Origin: Alphaproteobacteria bacterium
Lineage (GTDB): Bacteria; Pseudomonadota; Alphaproteobacteria; UBA2966
DNA: 64,000 nucleotides
Direction: 5' to 3'
NCBI GenBank assembly: GCA_030740435.1
Contig: JASLXG010000048.1
Span: 7,701-71,700 of the forward strand
Each line of letters begins with the position of its first letter. The stretch's first letter is position 1. The translations under genes were made by a program, and so were the position numbers. Shown here piece by piece: positions 9,210 to 17,829 of this stretch. The notes beneath the pieces are model-generated. The model worked only from the letters and a program-made list of their open reading frames with translations. It ran no database searches and was not told the origin of the DNA.

Positions 9210-10721
9210 ATGACAGAAAATCTCTACGCCCTCTTCGAGAGTCGTTTTCCCGCCGACCGTGGCGCCACCTTCCTCGACGCCCTCGACGGCCGGGTGTTCT
9301 CCTACGCCGATCTCGAAGACTGGACGGGCCGTCTGTCGCGGCTGCTGGACAAGACCGGCGTGGGCCTGGGCGATCGCGTGCTGGTGCAGGTCGAGAAATC
9401 GCCGGCCGCGGTCATGCTTTACCTCGCCTGCCTGCGCCACGGCGCCGTCTTCGTGCCGCTGAACACGGCCTACACGGCCCGCGAGGTGGCATTTTTCGTC
9501 AATGATGCCGAACCGGCGCTGGTGGTCTGCGATCCGGCCCGCCGGGAGGAGACCGCCGAGCTTGCCGGTAGCGCCCGGGTGCTGACGCTGGACGCCACCG
9601 GCCAGGGCACGCTGTCCGAGGGGACGAAAGCCCTGGACGGTGATGCCCCGGTGGCCGAACTGGCGGCCGACGACCTGGCTTGTATCCTCTATACCTCGGG
9701 CACCACGGGGCGCTCGAAGGGCGCCATGACGAGCCACGGCAACCTGGCCGCCAACGCCCTCGATTTGCACCGCATCTGGGGCTTCGAAGCGGCCGACGTG
9801 CTGCTCCATGCGCTGCCCATATTCCACGCCCACGGCCTTTTCGTGGCCCTCAACACGACGCTGCTCAACGGTAGCGGTATGCTTTTCCTGCCCCGTTTCG
9901 AGGCCACCGAAGTGGTGCGGCTGTTGCCCCGGGCAACGGTCATGATGGGCGTGCCGACGTTCTACACGCGGCTGCTGGCCAGCCCCGATTTCACGGCCGA
10001 GCTCTGCCGTCACATGCGGCTCTTCATCTCGGGCTCGGCGCCTCTGCTGGAGGAAACCTTCGAGGCCTTCGAAGCGCGCACCGGGCAACGCATTCTGGAG
10101 CGTTACGGCATGACCGAGGCCGGCATGATCACCTCCAACCTGCTGGCCGGCGAACGCCTGGCCGGCAGCGTCGGATTTGCGCTGCCCCAGACCGAGGTAC
10201 GCGTCGCGGACGAAAACGGCGGCGTGCTGGGCCCGGACCAGATCGGCGTTCTCGAAATCAGCGGCGCCAACGTCTTCCAGGGCTACTGGCGGCTACCCGA
10301 AAAGACGGCCGAGGAGTTCCGCCCCGACGGCTGGTTCATCACCGGCGACATGGCGCGCCAGAATACCGAGGGCCGGGTGACCATCGTCGGCCGGACCAAG
10401 GACCTGGTGATCTCGGGCGGCTTCAACGTTTACCCGAAGGAGGTCGAACTGCTCATCGACGAGCTCCCTGGCGTCGCCGAATCGGCGGTCATCGGTCTGG
10501 CGCATGCCGATTTCGGCGAGGCCGTGACGGCCGTCGTGGTAGCCGGAGACGAGGCCCCGGCGGAGAGCGAGATCATCGCCGGGCTGAAAGCGCAACTGGC
10601 TGCCTACAAAGTGCCCAAGCGGGTTGTCTTCGCGGCGGAGCTGCCACGCAACGCCATGGGCAAGGTCGAGAAGAACCACCTGCGTGAGAGCTACGCCGGA
10701 CTTTACGAGGGCGCCAAATGA
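9210..10721 (+). CDS. matB: malonyl-CoA synthetase
   Basis: 503 aa. Strong similarity to rhizobial MatB (VLVQVEKSPAAVMLYLACLRHGAVFVPLNTAYT, ILYTSGTTGRSKG, GWFITGD, PRNAMGKVEK). Confidence 0.75.
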   Translation: MTENLYALFESRFPADRGATFLDALDGRVFSYADLEDWTGRLSRLLDKTGVGLGDRVLVQVEKSPAAVMLYLACLRHGAVFVPLNTAYTAREVAFFVNDAEPALVVCDPARREETAELAGSARVLTLDATGQGTLSEGTKALDGDAPVAELAADDLACILYTSGTTGRSKGAMTSHGNLAANALDLHRIWGFEAADVLLHALPIFHAHGLFVALNTTLLNGSGMLFLPRFEATEVVRLLPRATVMMGVPTFYTRLLASPDFTAELCRHMRLFISGSAPLLEETFEAFEARTGQRILERYGMTEAGMITSNLLAGERLAGSVGFALPQTEVRVADENGGVLGPDQIGVLEISGANVFQGYWRLPEKTAEEFRPDGWFITGDMARQNTEGRVTIVGRTKDLVISGGFNVYPKEVELLIDELPGVAESAVIGLAHADFGEAVTAVVVAGDEAPAESEIIAGLKAQLAAYKVPKRVVFAAELPRNAMGKVEKNHLRESYAGLYEGAK

Positions 10722-11605
10722 CCACCATCGGCCTCCTGGGCACGGGCGACATGGGCGCCGCCGTGGGCCGGGCGCTGGGCGGCCACGGCCACCGCCTCGT
10801 CACTTCGCTGGCCGGGCGCAGCGAACGCTCGTATGCCCTGGCGGTGGCGGCCAGCATCGAGGACGCCGGTGATCTGGCGGCTTTGATGAGGCAATCCGAG
10901 TTGGTGCTGTCGATCCTGCCGCCGGCGGCGGCGCTGGAGGCGGCCGCCCAGGCCGCTACGGCGATGGCGAGCCCGCTTCCCACCTATGTCGACTGCAATG
11001 CCGTGTCGCCGGCGACGGCTACGAAGATCGCGGCGCTGCTGCAGGCCGTGGACGCCCCTTTCATCGACGGCTCCATCATCGGCGCGGCACCGGGCAAAGG
11101 CGTACCGCCGCGCTTTTTCGTCAGCGGCGCCGACACCAGCGCCATGCAGGCCCTCGACGGCCAGGGCATCGACGTGAGGGCGCTGGGCTCCAGGCCGGGC
11201 CAGGCCTCGGCCCTCAAGATGTGCTACGCCGGGCTGACCAAAGGCACCTTCACGCTGCATACGGCAGTGCTGTTGGCGGCTCATAGACTGGGTCTGGAGA
11301 GCGAGCTGCGGAGCGAGCTGGAGTACAGCCAGGCCAAAGTGCTCGAACGCATGACCGCCATCGTGCCCTGGCTGGCGGCCGATGCCGGGCGCTGGATCGG
11401 CGAGATGGAGGAGATCGCCGAGACCTTTGCCGGGGTCGGCCTGACGCCGGACTTCCACCGCGCCGCGGCCCAGGTCTTCGCGCTGCTCGACGCCACTCCG
11501 CTGGCCGCCGAGACCCGCGAGAGCCGCGCTGCCGAACGCCGCCTCGAGGACGCCATCGCCATCTACGCCAAGGCCCTCGATGAGCCGGACGCTCCCGGGA
11601 CCTGA
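10718..11605 (+). CDS. NAD(P)-binding 6-phosphogluconate/3-hydroxyisobutyrate dehydrogenase-like oxidoreductase (DUF1932-type C-terminus)
   Basis: N-terminal Rossmann motif IGLLGTGDMGAAVGRAL. ATGA overlap with matB stop suggests co-translation. Confidence 0.55.
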   Translation: MTTIGLLGTGDMGAAVGRALGGHGHRLVTSLAGRSERSYALAVAASIEDAGDLAALMRQSELVLSILPPAAALEAAAQAATAMASPLPTYVDCNAVSPATATKIAALLQAVDAPFIDGSIIGAAPGKGVPPRFFVSGADTSAMQALDGQGIDVRALGSRPGQASALKMCYAGLTKGTFTLHTAVLLAAHRLGLESELRSELEYSQAKVLERMTAIVPWLAADAGRWIGEMEEIAETFAGVGLTPDFHRAAAQVFALLDATPLAAETRESRAAERRLEDAIAIYAKALDEPDAPGT

Positions 11606-11707
11606 GCAGGCCGCCGCCAGCCCCGAGGACAATGCCCGGTTGACGGCTGGCGGTCTGCCTCGACATGATAGCCCAAGCGCGAACGCAGGCAGCAGGGGCG
11701 AGGTGCC

Positions 11708-12427
11708 GTGACCGAGATCGACGACAGGGCGTTAGCGAACATTGGCCTCTTTGAGAGCCTGACCAGCGACGAGGTGGAGAAGTTGCAGCGCCGCAGCGCC
11801 TGGCGGCGCTTTGTTCCCAACGAACAGATCCTCGACCGCATGAGCGCCAACCAGGAGGTGTTCTTCGTCGTCGAGGGCGCCGTGCGGGTGGTCAACTATT
11901 CGCTGACCGGGCGCGAGGTGGCTTACGCCACGGTACGCGCCGGCGGCTATTTCGGCGAACTGGCGGCGATCGACGGCGAGCCGCGCTCGGCCAGCGTGGT
12001 GGCCACCGAGAACTGTCTGTTGGTCAAGCTGCCGCCGAACGTCTTCATCGAGCTTTTACAAAACTATCCAAGAATCTCGCTCGACGTCATGCGCCGCCTG
12101 ACACAGATCGTGCGGCGTTGCGACAACCGCATCATGGATCTCAGCACCCTAACCGCCATCCGCCGGGTCTATGTCGAACTGCTGCGGCTTTGTGAGCCCG
12201 ATCCGGCCTCACCGGGCGGCTTCATTATCCGGCCGCTGCCGACCCACAGCGACATCGCCGCCCGGGCCAGCACCACGCGCGAGACCGTGGGCCGGGTGAT
12301 CGGGCAGTTGGCCGGCGACGAGATCGTGGTACGCAAGCCACGCACCCTTTTTATCCGCGACCGCGACCGGCTCGAACTGCTGGCCGAAACCATCGACATC
12401 GAACGCGACGAAGAACTGGCTCGTTAA
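11708..12427 (+). CDS. Crp/Fnr family transcriptional regulator
   Basis: GTG start. cNMP-binding-like N-terminal domain and C-terminal HTH (RETVGRVIGQL). Confidence 0.75.
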   Translation: MTEIDDRALANIGLFESLTSDEVEKLQRRSAWRRFVPNEQILDRMSANQEVFFVVEGAVRVVNYSLTGREVAYATVRAGGYFGELAAIDGEPRSASVVATENCLLVKLPPNVFIELLQNYPRISLDVMRRLTQIVRRCDNRIMDLSTLTAIRRVYVELLRLCEPDPASPGGFIIRPLPTHSDIAARASTTRETVGRVIGQLAGDEIVVRKPRTLFIRDRDRLELLAETIDIERDEELAR

Positions 12428-12568
12428 GGGCCTTTTCAAGTTCGACAAGATTCCATCGTCGTCGTGATAGCGATCACAGACGAGCACCCGTTCTGCACCT
12501 AGGGTGTGCCCTATCGACGGGCCGCAGACCACGGCAACCCCCACCGCGCAGCGGTCTCGATACGGGAA

Positions 12569-12618
12569 CGAAATCTAACGAAATTTGACGAAATCTAACG
12601 AAATCTAACGAAACCTAA
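12569..12618. repeat. tandem array of five 10-bp units (CGAAATCTAA; variants CGAAATTTGA, CGAAACCTAA) abutting the RBS of the first small ORF
   Basis: Seen directly: cgaaatctaa cgaaatttga cgaaatctaa cgaaatctaa cgaaacctaa, then cgtgCAGGAGAacatcATG. Confidence 0.8.
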
Positions 12619-12634
12619 CGTGCAGGAGAACATC

Positions 12635-12874
12635 ATGAGTGACCAAAGTTCAGCAGGCGTCGAGCAAGGCGGCAAGTCCGGTGGCGATGCTTCGGCAGGC
12701 GCCGGTGCGGGTTCCTATTCGGGTGCCAGCGCTGGGACCAGCCAGTGGGGCGCCAGTGGCGCCGAAGCCGACACCCACGCCCATTCGGGCGCCGGGGCCT
12801 ATGCCGGTGCCGGGGCTTCCGGCGGTGACGTCACCGACCAGACCCGCATCGGCTCGATCAACGTGAGCTCATAG
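12635..12874 (+). CDS. small Gly/Ala/Ser-rich low-complexity protein (79 aa), hypothetical
   Basis: RBS CAGGAGAA 5-6 nt before ATG. Product MSDQSSAGVEQGGKSGGDA...GGDVTDQTRIGSINVSS has no Cys and no signal peptide. Start trimmed from the track GTG at 12620. Confidence 0.5.
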   Translation: MSDQSSAGVEQGGKSGGDASAGAGAGSYSGASAGTSQWGASGAEADTHAHSGAGAYAGAGASGGDVTDQTRIGSINVSS

Positions 12875-12927
12875 GGCTCCTGAAAGCCGACGAAATTCGC
12901 CGGCAAGCCAAATTGAAGGAGAACATC

Positions 12928-13161
12928 ATGAGTGACCAAAGTTCAGCAGGCATCGAGCAGGGTGGCAAGTCGGGCGGCGATGCCGCGGCCGGCGCCAGCT
13001 CGGAATCCTCATCCTACGCCTCTGCCCACACCTGGCAGTCTGGTCGCCCCATCGATCCCACGGTGGCCGGCTCGGGCGCTTATTCGGGCGCCGGCGCGGG
13101 CGCCTCGGGCGGCGACGTCACCGATCAGACCAGCATCGGTTCGATCAACGTCAGCTCGTAA
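12928..13161 (+). CDS. small Gly/Ala/Ser-rich low-complexity protein (77 aa), paralog of 12635..12874
   Basis: Same RBS/start context (GAAGGAGAACATCATG). N-terminal 19 aa and C-terminal ~20 aa are near-identical to the first copy, while the middle diverges. Confidence 0.5.
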   Translation: MSDQSSAGIEQGGKSGGDAAAGASSESSSYASAHTWQSGRPIDPTVAGSGAYSGAGAGASGGDVTDQTSIGSINVSS

Positions 13162-13232
13162 AAATCCTGAGGATTTCTCCTCTTCATTACGTGTCTTTTG
13201 GTAAATCTTCCTTATTCCTCCCTGTGACTTAA

Positions 13233-13262
13233 AGCCCCGCCCCAGTGGCGGGGCTTCCTTTG
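13233..13262 (+). terminator. rho-independent terminator-like hairpin after the small-ORF pair
   Basis: AGCCCCGCC-ccagt-GGCGGGGCT (9-bp GC stem) followed by TCCTTTGT. Confidence 0.5.
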
Positions 13263-13502
13263 TCGCCAACGCCTATTGCTGATTCCCCTTGCTTTTTTCG
13301 GTCCACCTGGGTCAATTGGAGAGTGAGGATTCCGCACGCTGGGGACTGATCCGGACTATCGCTATGGAAATCGGCCGGAAACCGCTTCGGCAGTGTGGAT
13401 TCTTGCGACCGGCGAAGCCGCTCCTGGGCGGCCCGCTAACTTTAGAGCGAGGCGGAGCCACGATTGGCGGCCCGCCCAGATAGAAGTGCGAAAGGACTAC
13501 CC

Positions 13503-13712
13503 ATGGCGACGGGAACAGTGAAGTGGTTCAATCCCAACAAGGGCTACGGCTTCATCCAGCCGAGCGACGGATCCCGCGACGCATTCGTGCATATTTCGGC
13601 GGTTGAGAGGGCGGGTCTGAGCTCGCTCGAAGAAGGCCAGAAGGTCGAGTTTGAACTCGTGCCCGGCCGCAACGGCAAATCATCCGCAGAGAACCTCGTC
13701 CTGGTCGACTGA
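13503..13712 (+). CDS. cspA: cold-shock protein, CspA family
   Basis: MATGTVKWFNPNKGYGFIQP...FVHISAV is the canonical CSD with RNP1/RNP2 motifs. Start trimmed to the ATG before MATGTVKWFN. A ~240-nt untranslated leader precedes it. Confidence 0.9.
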   Translation: MATGTVKWFNPNKGYGFIQPSDGSRDAFVHISAVERAGLSSLEEGQKVEFELVPGRNGKSSAENLVLVD

Positions 13713-13875
13713 TCCACCAGAATGGCAACAAGCACCTCGCGTGCCTGGCCCCATTCAGTGCCCATGGCCGGACCAACTGGATTTCGGACATATTTGATCT
13801 CTCGACCCCGACCGTGTGGGGCATCAGGCGGCGTGTCGCCCAGTAACCTGGAAGGCGCCGTTAGAAAGGACCAAA

Positions 13876-14136
13876 TTGGCTCGCAAGCCTAACTACCGAT
13901 TCGAGCGTCTGGCCCGCGAAAGAGCCAAGGCAGCCAAGAAAGCCGCCAAAAGAGCTGCGCGGACCAAGGCCAAGGAAGACAAAGCAAACCTGCTGAACCC
14001 GGAAGCGATTGATCCGGAAACGGGCGAAGTGATTGCGGCCGAAGCCGGTACGGGCGAGGAGGCCACGGAGGGCGAGGCGGATACGGCCGAAGAGCAATCA
14101 GTATCGCCGGGAACGGTAGAGCCGGAACTGCGCTGA
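13876..14136 (+). CDS. small charged protein (basic KAAKKAAKRAAR N-terminal half, acidic C-terminal tail), hypothetical
   Basis: ORF in-frame from TTG 13876 (AAAGGA RBS upstream). The track's ATG at 13816 is also possible. No recognisable domain, so it may be spurious. Confidence 0.3.
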   Translation: MARKPNYRFERLARERAKAAKKAAKRAARTKAKEDKANLLNPEAIDPETGEVIAAEAGTGEEATEGEADTAEEQSVSPGTVEPELR

Positions 14137-14238
14137 GTGACCTCGGCCTTCGGCGGGATCGCCGCGGAGGTTACCAGTCAAGCTTGGTGGCACCGATGTT
14201 TCGGCGGCGGTCGAAGCAACGGGTCGTTGGCTTTGAGT

Positions 14239-15900
14239 TCAGGCCGCCACCAGGGGCTGGCCGAAGCCCAACTCGGCACGCACCCGAGCGCAGACCTCGC
14301 CGTGGCTGGTCCCGGCCATGACGGCCTCGACCACGGCCCCGAATAGATTCACCCCCTCGTCATGGCAAGCCCGGGCCAGAGCGTCCAGCGCGCGCTGCAC
14401 GGCGGCTTGGTCGCGATCACGTTTGAAAGCCTCAAGCCGGGCCAGATAGGCCTCGATGCTGGCCTCGTCGGTGCGTGGCAGCGGCGGCGGGCGTTCGTCG
14501 GCGGCCGCCACTTGGTAGGCGTTGACGCCGACCATGACCTCCTCGCCGCGCTCCAGCCGCTCCTGAAAGGCCTGGGCGGACTTGCCGATGATTTGCTGCA
14601 CCAGTCCGCTCTCGACGGCGGCGAACATGCCGCCTGCCTCGTCGATGCGCGCGATCACGGCGGCGATCTCGGCCTCCATCTGATTAGTCAGTGACTCGAC
14701 GTAGTAGGAGCCGCCGAAGGGATCGATGACGTCGTCGAGATGGGCCTCGGAGAGCAGAATGTTCTGGCTGGCGACGGCGATCCGGGCGGCTTCCTCGGTG
14801 GGCAGGCTGAGGGCCTCGTCGTAGCTGTCGGTGTGAAGCGACTGCAGGCCGCCACAGATCCCGGCCATGGCCTGGACGGCCACGCGGGCGACGTTGTTCA
14901 AGGGCTGCTGGCGCGTCAGGTCGGCACCCGAGGTCTGGCCATGGAAGCGGAAGCGCCGGGCGCGTGGGTTGCGGGCACCGAAGCGTTCTCCGGTGATGCG
15001 GTGCCAGAGCCGGCGGCCGGCGCGGAACTTGGCGACCTCTTCGAAAAAGCTGATGGAGATGTCGAAGAAAAAGCTGAAGCCGGGCAGGAAATCATCGGGC
15101 TGGTGGCCCCGTGCCACCATGTCGTCGGCGTACTGGATGGCGGAAGAAAGGGTCAGCCCCATGGCTTCGGCCGGCGTCGCCCCGGCCTGCTGCATGTGCT
15201 GGCCCACCACCGACAGCGCGTTCCAGCGCGGCACCTGGCTTCCCATCCACTCGATGTGGTCCAAGAGCATGCGCCGCTGGGCCGCCAGGGGCAGCCGGAA
15301 ATACATGTGCAGTGCAACGAAATGCGAAAGATAGTCCGACTGGTTGGTGGTGCCGGTCAGGCTCGACCAGGGCAGGCCGCGGTCGCGGGCCACCTTCAGC
15401 ATCATGGCCGACAGCGTGTAGGGCGCGGTATCGCCCAGACTCAGCGTCATCTCGTCGAAGGCCAGGCCGTCCAGGCAGCTCGCCATGTCGTCCGAGGTGT
15501 TGATGACGACACCGCAGTGGCCCAGCTGTTCTGGCTCGACCTGGTCGGCATCGTAGCCCCGCATATGCGTCGGACAGGGTGCAATGAAAAGTGTATTGAG
15601 GCCGGCCTGGCAGAGCGTGCGGATGCGGGCGTTGAAGTCCTCGGGCAGGCCCAGGCCGACGACGTGGCGCCGGTTCCAGCTGCGGCCACGGTTCATCGCC
15701 GGGTAGATGCCGCGGCTGGTCGGCGCCTGGCCGGGATAGCCGAGATCCTGGTCGTAGCGCGAGGAATCCCAGTCCTCGGGCGTATAGAGCGGCTTGACCT
15801 CCAGGCCCGAGCGGTTCCGCCGCGCCACCTCGTCGGGTAGTTGGGCTCGGTAGTCTTCCCGCCAGCGTCGGCGCGCCCGGGATTTGACGGCATCGTTCAT
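14239..15900 (-). CDS. methylmalonyl-CoA mutase family protein, catalytic (N-terminal TIM-barrel) subunit without a B12-binding domain
   Basis: 554 aa. Start trimmed to MNDAVKSR. Mutase-family blocks ([51 protein letters not shown]...). No cobalamin-binding domain in this ORF or in neighbours. Confidence 0.8.
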   Translation of the reverse strand: MNDAVKSRARRRWREDYRAQLPDEVARRNRSGLEVKPLYTPEDWDSSRYDQDLGYPGQAPTSRGIYPAMNRGRSWNRRHVVGLGLPEDFNARIRTLCQAGLNTLFIAPCPTHMRGYDADQVEPEQLGHCGVVINTSDDMASCLDGLAFDEMTLSLGDTAPYTLSAMMLKVARDRGLPWSSLTGTTNQSDYLSHFVALHMYFRLPLAAQRRMLLDHIEWMGSQVPRWNALSVVGQHMQQAGATPAEAMGLTLSSAIQYADDMVARGHQPDDFLPGFSFFFDISISFFEEVAKFRAGRRLWHRITGERFGARNPRARRFRFHGQTSGADLTRQQPLNNVARVAVQAMAGICGGLQSLHTDSYDEALSLPTEEAARIAVASQNILLSEAHLDDVIDPFGGSYYVESLTNQMEAEIAAVIARIDEAGGMFAAVESGLVQQIIGKSAQAFQERLERGEEVMVGVNAYQVAAADERPPPLPRTDEASIEAYLARLEAFKRDRDQAAVQRALDALARACHDEGVNLFGAVVEAVMAGTSHGEVCARVRAELGFGQPLVAA

Positions 15901-16073
15901 CGGCTCCCCTCCGATGTTGCTGCGACCAGCGAAGCACAGTCGCGGCACATTTTCCAGCGCTTCCCGAGGCCTGAAAGAGCAACTTGCCCAGGCCCGCCAA
16001 TCGCCTAAGATGTGGGACGACACCGCGGGGCACGAAACCGGCGGTGGACAAAAATTACTCGGGGAGATAACCC

Positions 16074-17171
16074 ATGAAACGTCGTACATTTGTCAAAGCC
16101 GCTGCGGCCGGTGTTGCCACCGCCGCCGCGGCCTCGAGCTTTCCGGCCCCCGCCCTTTCGCAGGGCAAGAAACGGTGGAAGATGGCGCTGACCTGGCCCG
16201 CCAACACGCCGGGCCTGGGCCTGTCGGCACAGCGCGTCGCCAAACGCATCGAGATGTTCACCGAAGGCAAGATCAAGATCAAAGTCTATGGTGCGGGCGA
16301 ACTGGTACCGGCCTTCGAGAGCTTCAATGCCTGTTCGGCGGGCGACGTCGAAATGTACCAGGCTGCCGAATACTATTGGCAAGGCCACCACAAGGCCTTC
16401 AATTTCTTCACCACCGTGCCCTTCGGCCTGACCGGATCCGAGCACTACGCCTGGATCAACTTCGGTGGCGGCCAGGAGCTCTGGGACGAGCTTTCGGCCC
16501 AGTTCAACCTGAAAGGTTTCGCCGGCTCCTGGACCGGCGTGCAGATGGGCGGCTGGTTCCGCAAGGAGATCAACACGATGGATGATCTCAAGGGACTGAA
16601 GTTCCGCATGCCCGGCATCGGCGGTGAGGTACTGCGCCGCCTGGGCGTCGCCGTGGTCAACCTGCCCGGTGCCGAGGTCTTCCCGGCGCTCCAGGCCGGC
16701 ACCATCGACGGTACCGAATGGGTGGGGCCGTGGCTTGATCTCAATTTCGGTTTCTACAAGGTCGCCAAGTACTTCTACACCGCCGGTTTCCATGAGCCCG
16801 GCACCGTCGGCAGCTTCGGCATCAACAAGAAGGTCTGGGACGGCCTGTCCGACAGCGAACGCGAGATCATCACCACGGTGATCCAGGCCGAAGGCCAGTT
16901 ACAGACATCGGAATTCCGGGCTCGCGATCTGGCCTCGCTGCATAAACTGGTGTCCGAGCACGGCGTACAGGTGCGCAACTTCACCAACGAGATGTATCGC
17001 GAGTTCGGCCGCCTGTCGGGCGAAGTCGTCAAGGCGATGGCGGCCGGGGATCCTCTGACCAAGAGGGTCTATGACAGCTATGCGGGCTTCCGCAAGGGCG
17101 CCATTGCGCTTTCCAAGATCCAGGAGGGCAAGTACCTGCGAGCCCGCGAACTGCCGTTCAAATGGTCCTAG
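16074..17171 (+). CDS. TRAP transporter substrate-binding protein (DctP family) with Tat-type signal
   Basis: [21 protein letters not shown] is a twin-arginine signal; DctP-family body. Confidence 0.85.
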   Translation: MKRRTFVKAAAAGVATAAAASSFPAPALSQGKKRWKMALTWPANTPGLGLSAQRVAKRIEMFTEGKIKIKVYGAGELVPAFESFNACSAGDVEMYQAAEYYWQGHHKAFNFFTTVPFGLTGSEHYAWINFGGGQELWDELSAQFNLKGFAGSWTGVQMGGWFRKEINTMDDLKGLKFRMPGIGGEVLRRLGVAVVNLPGAEVFPALQAGTIDGTEWVGPWLDLNFGFYKVAKYFYTAGFHEPGTVGSFGINKKVWDGLSDSEREIITTVIQAEGQLQTSEFRARDLASLHKLVSEHGVQVRNFTNEMYREFGRLSGEVVKAMAAGDPLTKRVYDSYAGFRKGAIALSKIQEGKYLRARELPFKWS

Positions 17172-17207
17172 CCCCCCAGGGCTGAGACTGATGAACTGGG
17201 AAGCCCG

Positions 17208-17245
17208 CTCGGATATCCGCTGCGGGCTTCCTTTGTTCGCCCCGG
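17208..17245 (+). terminator. stem-loop (GAAGCCCGC...GCGGGCTTC, inner CGGATATCCG palindrome) plus CTTTGTT between dctP and dctQ; possible attenuator
   Basis: Seen directly in the 106-bp dctP-dctQ spacer. Confidence 0.4.
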
Positions 17246-17277
17246 CAAACTCAGATCGCAATCTCAGGAGGTAGACG

Positions 17278-17829
17278 GTGGGCCGATTGAGGGCAGCGGC
17301 GCGCCTGATCGATGCCGTCAACGACGTGCTGGGCCGCGCCGTCGCCTGGCTGACGCTGATCATGGTGTTGACGCAGTTCACTGTCGTGATGATGCGCTAC
17401 GTTTTCGGGCTGAGCTCCCTCTACATGCAGGAATCCATCGTCTACATGCACGCCATCGTGTTCCTGGCGGCGGCCGGCTATACCCTGCTGCACGAAGGCC
17501 ACGTGCGCGTCGATATCTTTTACGGCAGCGCCAACGAACGCCGCCGCGCCTGGACCAACCTGCTCGGCGTGTTTTTGCTGCTGTGGCCCATGGCCGGGAC
17601 CACCTTGCTGGCGTCCTGGGGCTATGTGCTGGCGTCCTGGAGGGTCTTCGAGGTTTCGCCCGAAGGCACCGCCGGGCTGCCGGCAATCTTTCTGCTCAAG
17701 ACTTTCATTTGGGTGTTTGCCACGGTTTTGATCCTGCAGGGCTTCTCGCTGGCCGTACATTCGCTGGGCGTGATCCTGGGCCTCGAACAAAGCTCCACGC
17801 CCCAGGCGGAAGAGGAGCACGCCCTGTGA
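17278..17829 (+). CDS. TRAP transporter small permease (DctQ family)
   Basis: GTG start after AGGAGG. Four TM segments, typical DctQ size (183 aa). Confidence 0.8.
   Translation: MGRLRAAARLIDAVNDVLGRAVAWLTLIMVLTQFTVVMMRYVFGLSSLYMQESIVYMHAIVFLAAAGYTLLHEGHVRVDIFYGSANERRRAWTNLLGVFLLLWPMAGTTLLASWGYVLASWRVFEVSPEGTAGLPAIFLLKTFIWVFATVLILQGFSLAVHSLGVILGLEQSSTPQAEEEHAL

Noticed and set aside
12569-12618. CRISPR-like interpretation of the short tandem repeat
   Set aside because: Units are 10 bp with no spacers, only five copies, and no cas genes nearby. It is a simple tandem repeat, not a CRISPR array.
12565-12640. Possible general-stress (sigma EcfG-type) promoter GGAAC-N16/17-CGTT overlapping the 10-bp repeat array
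   Set aside because: GGAAC is present at 12565, but no CGTT occurs at the required 16-17-bp spacing on the plus strand. AACG recurs only as part of the repeat unit.
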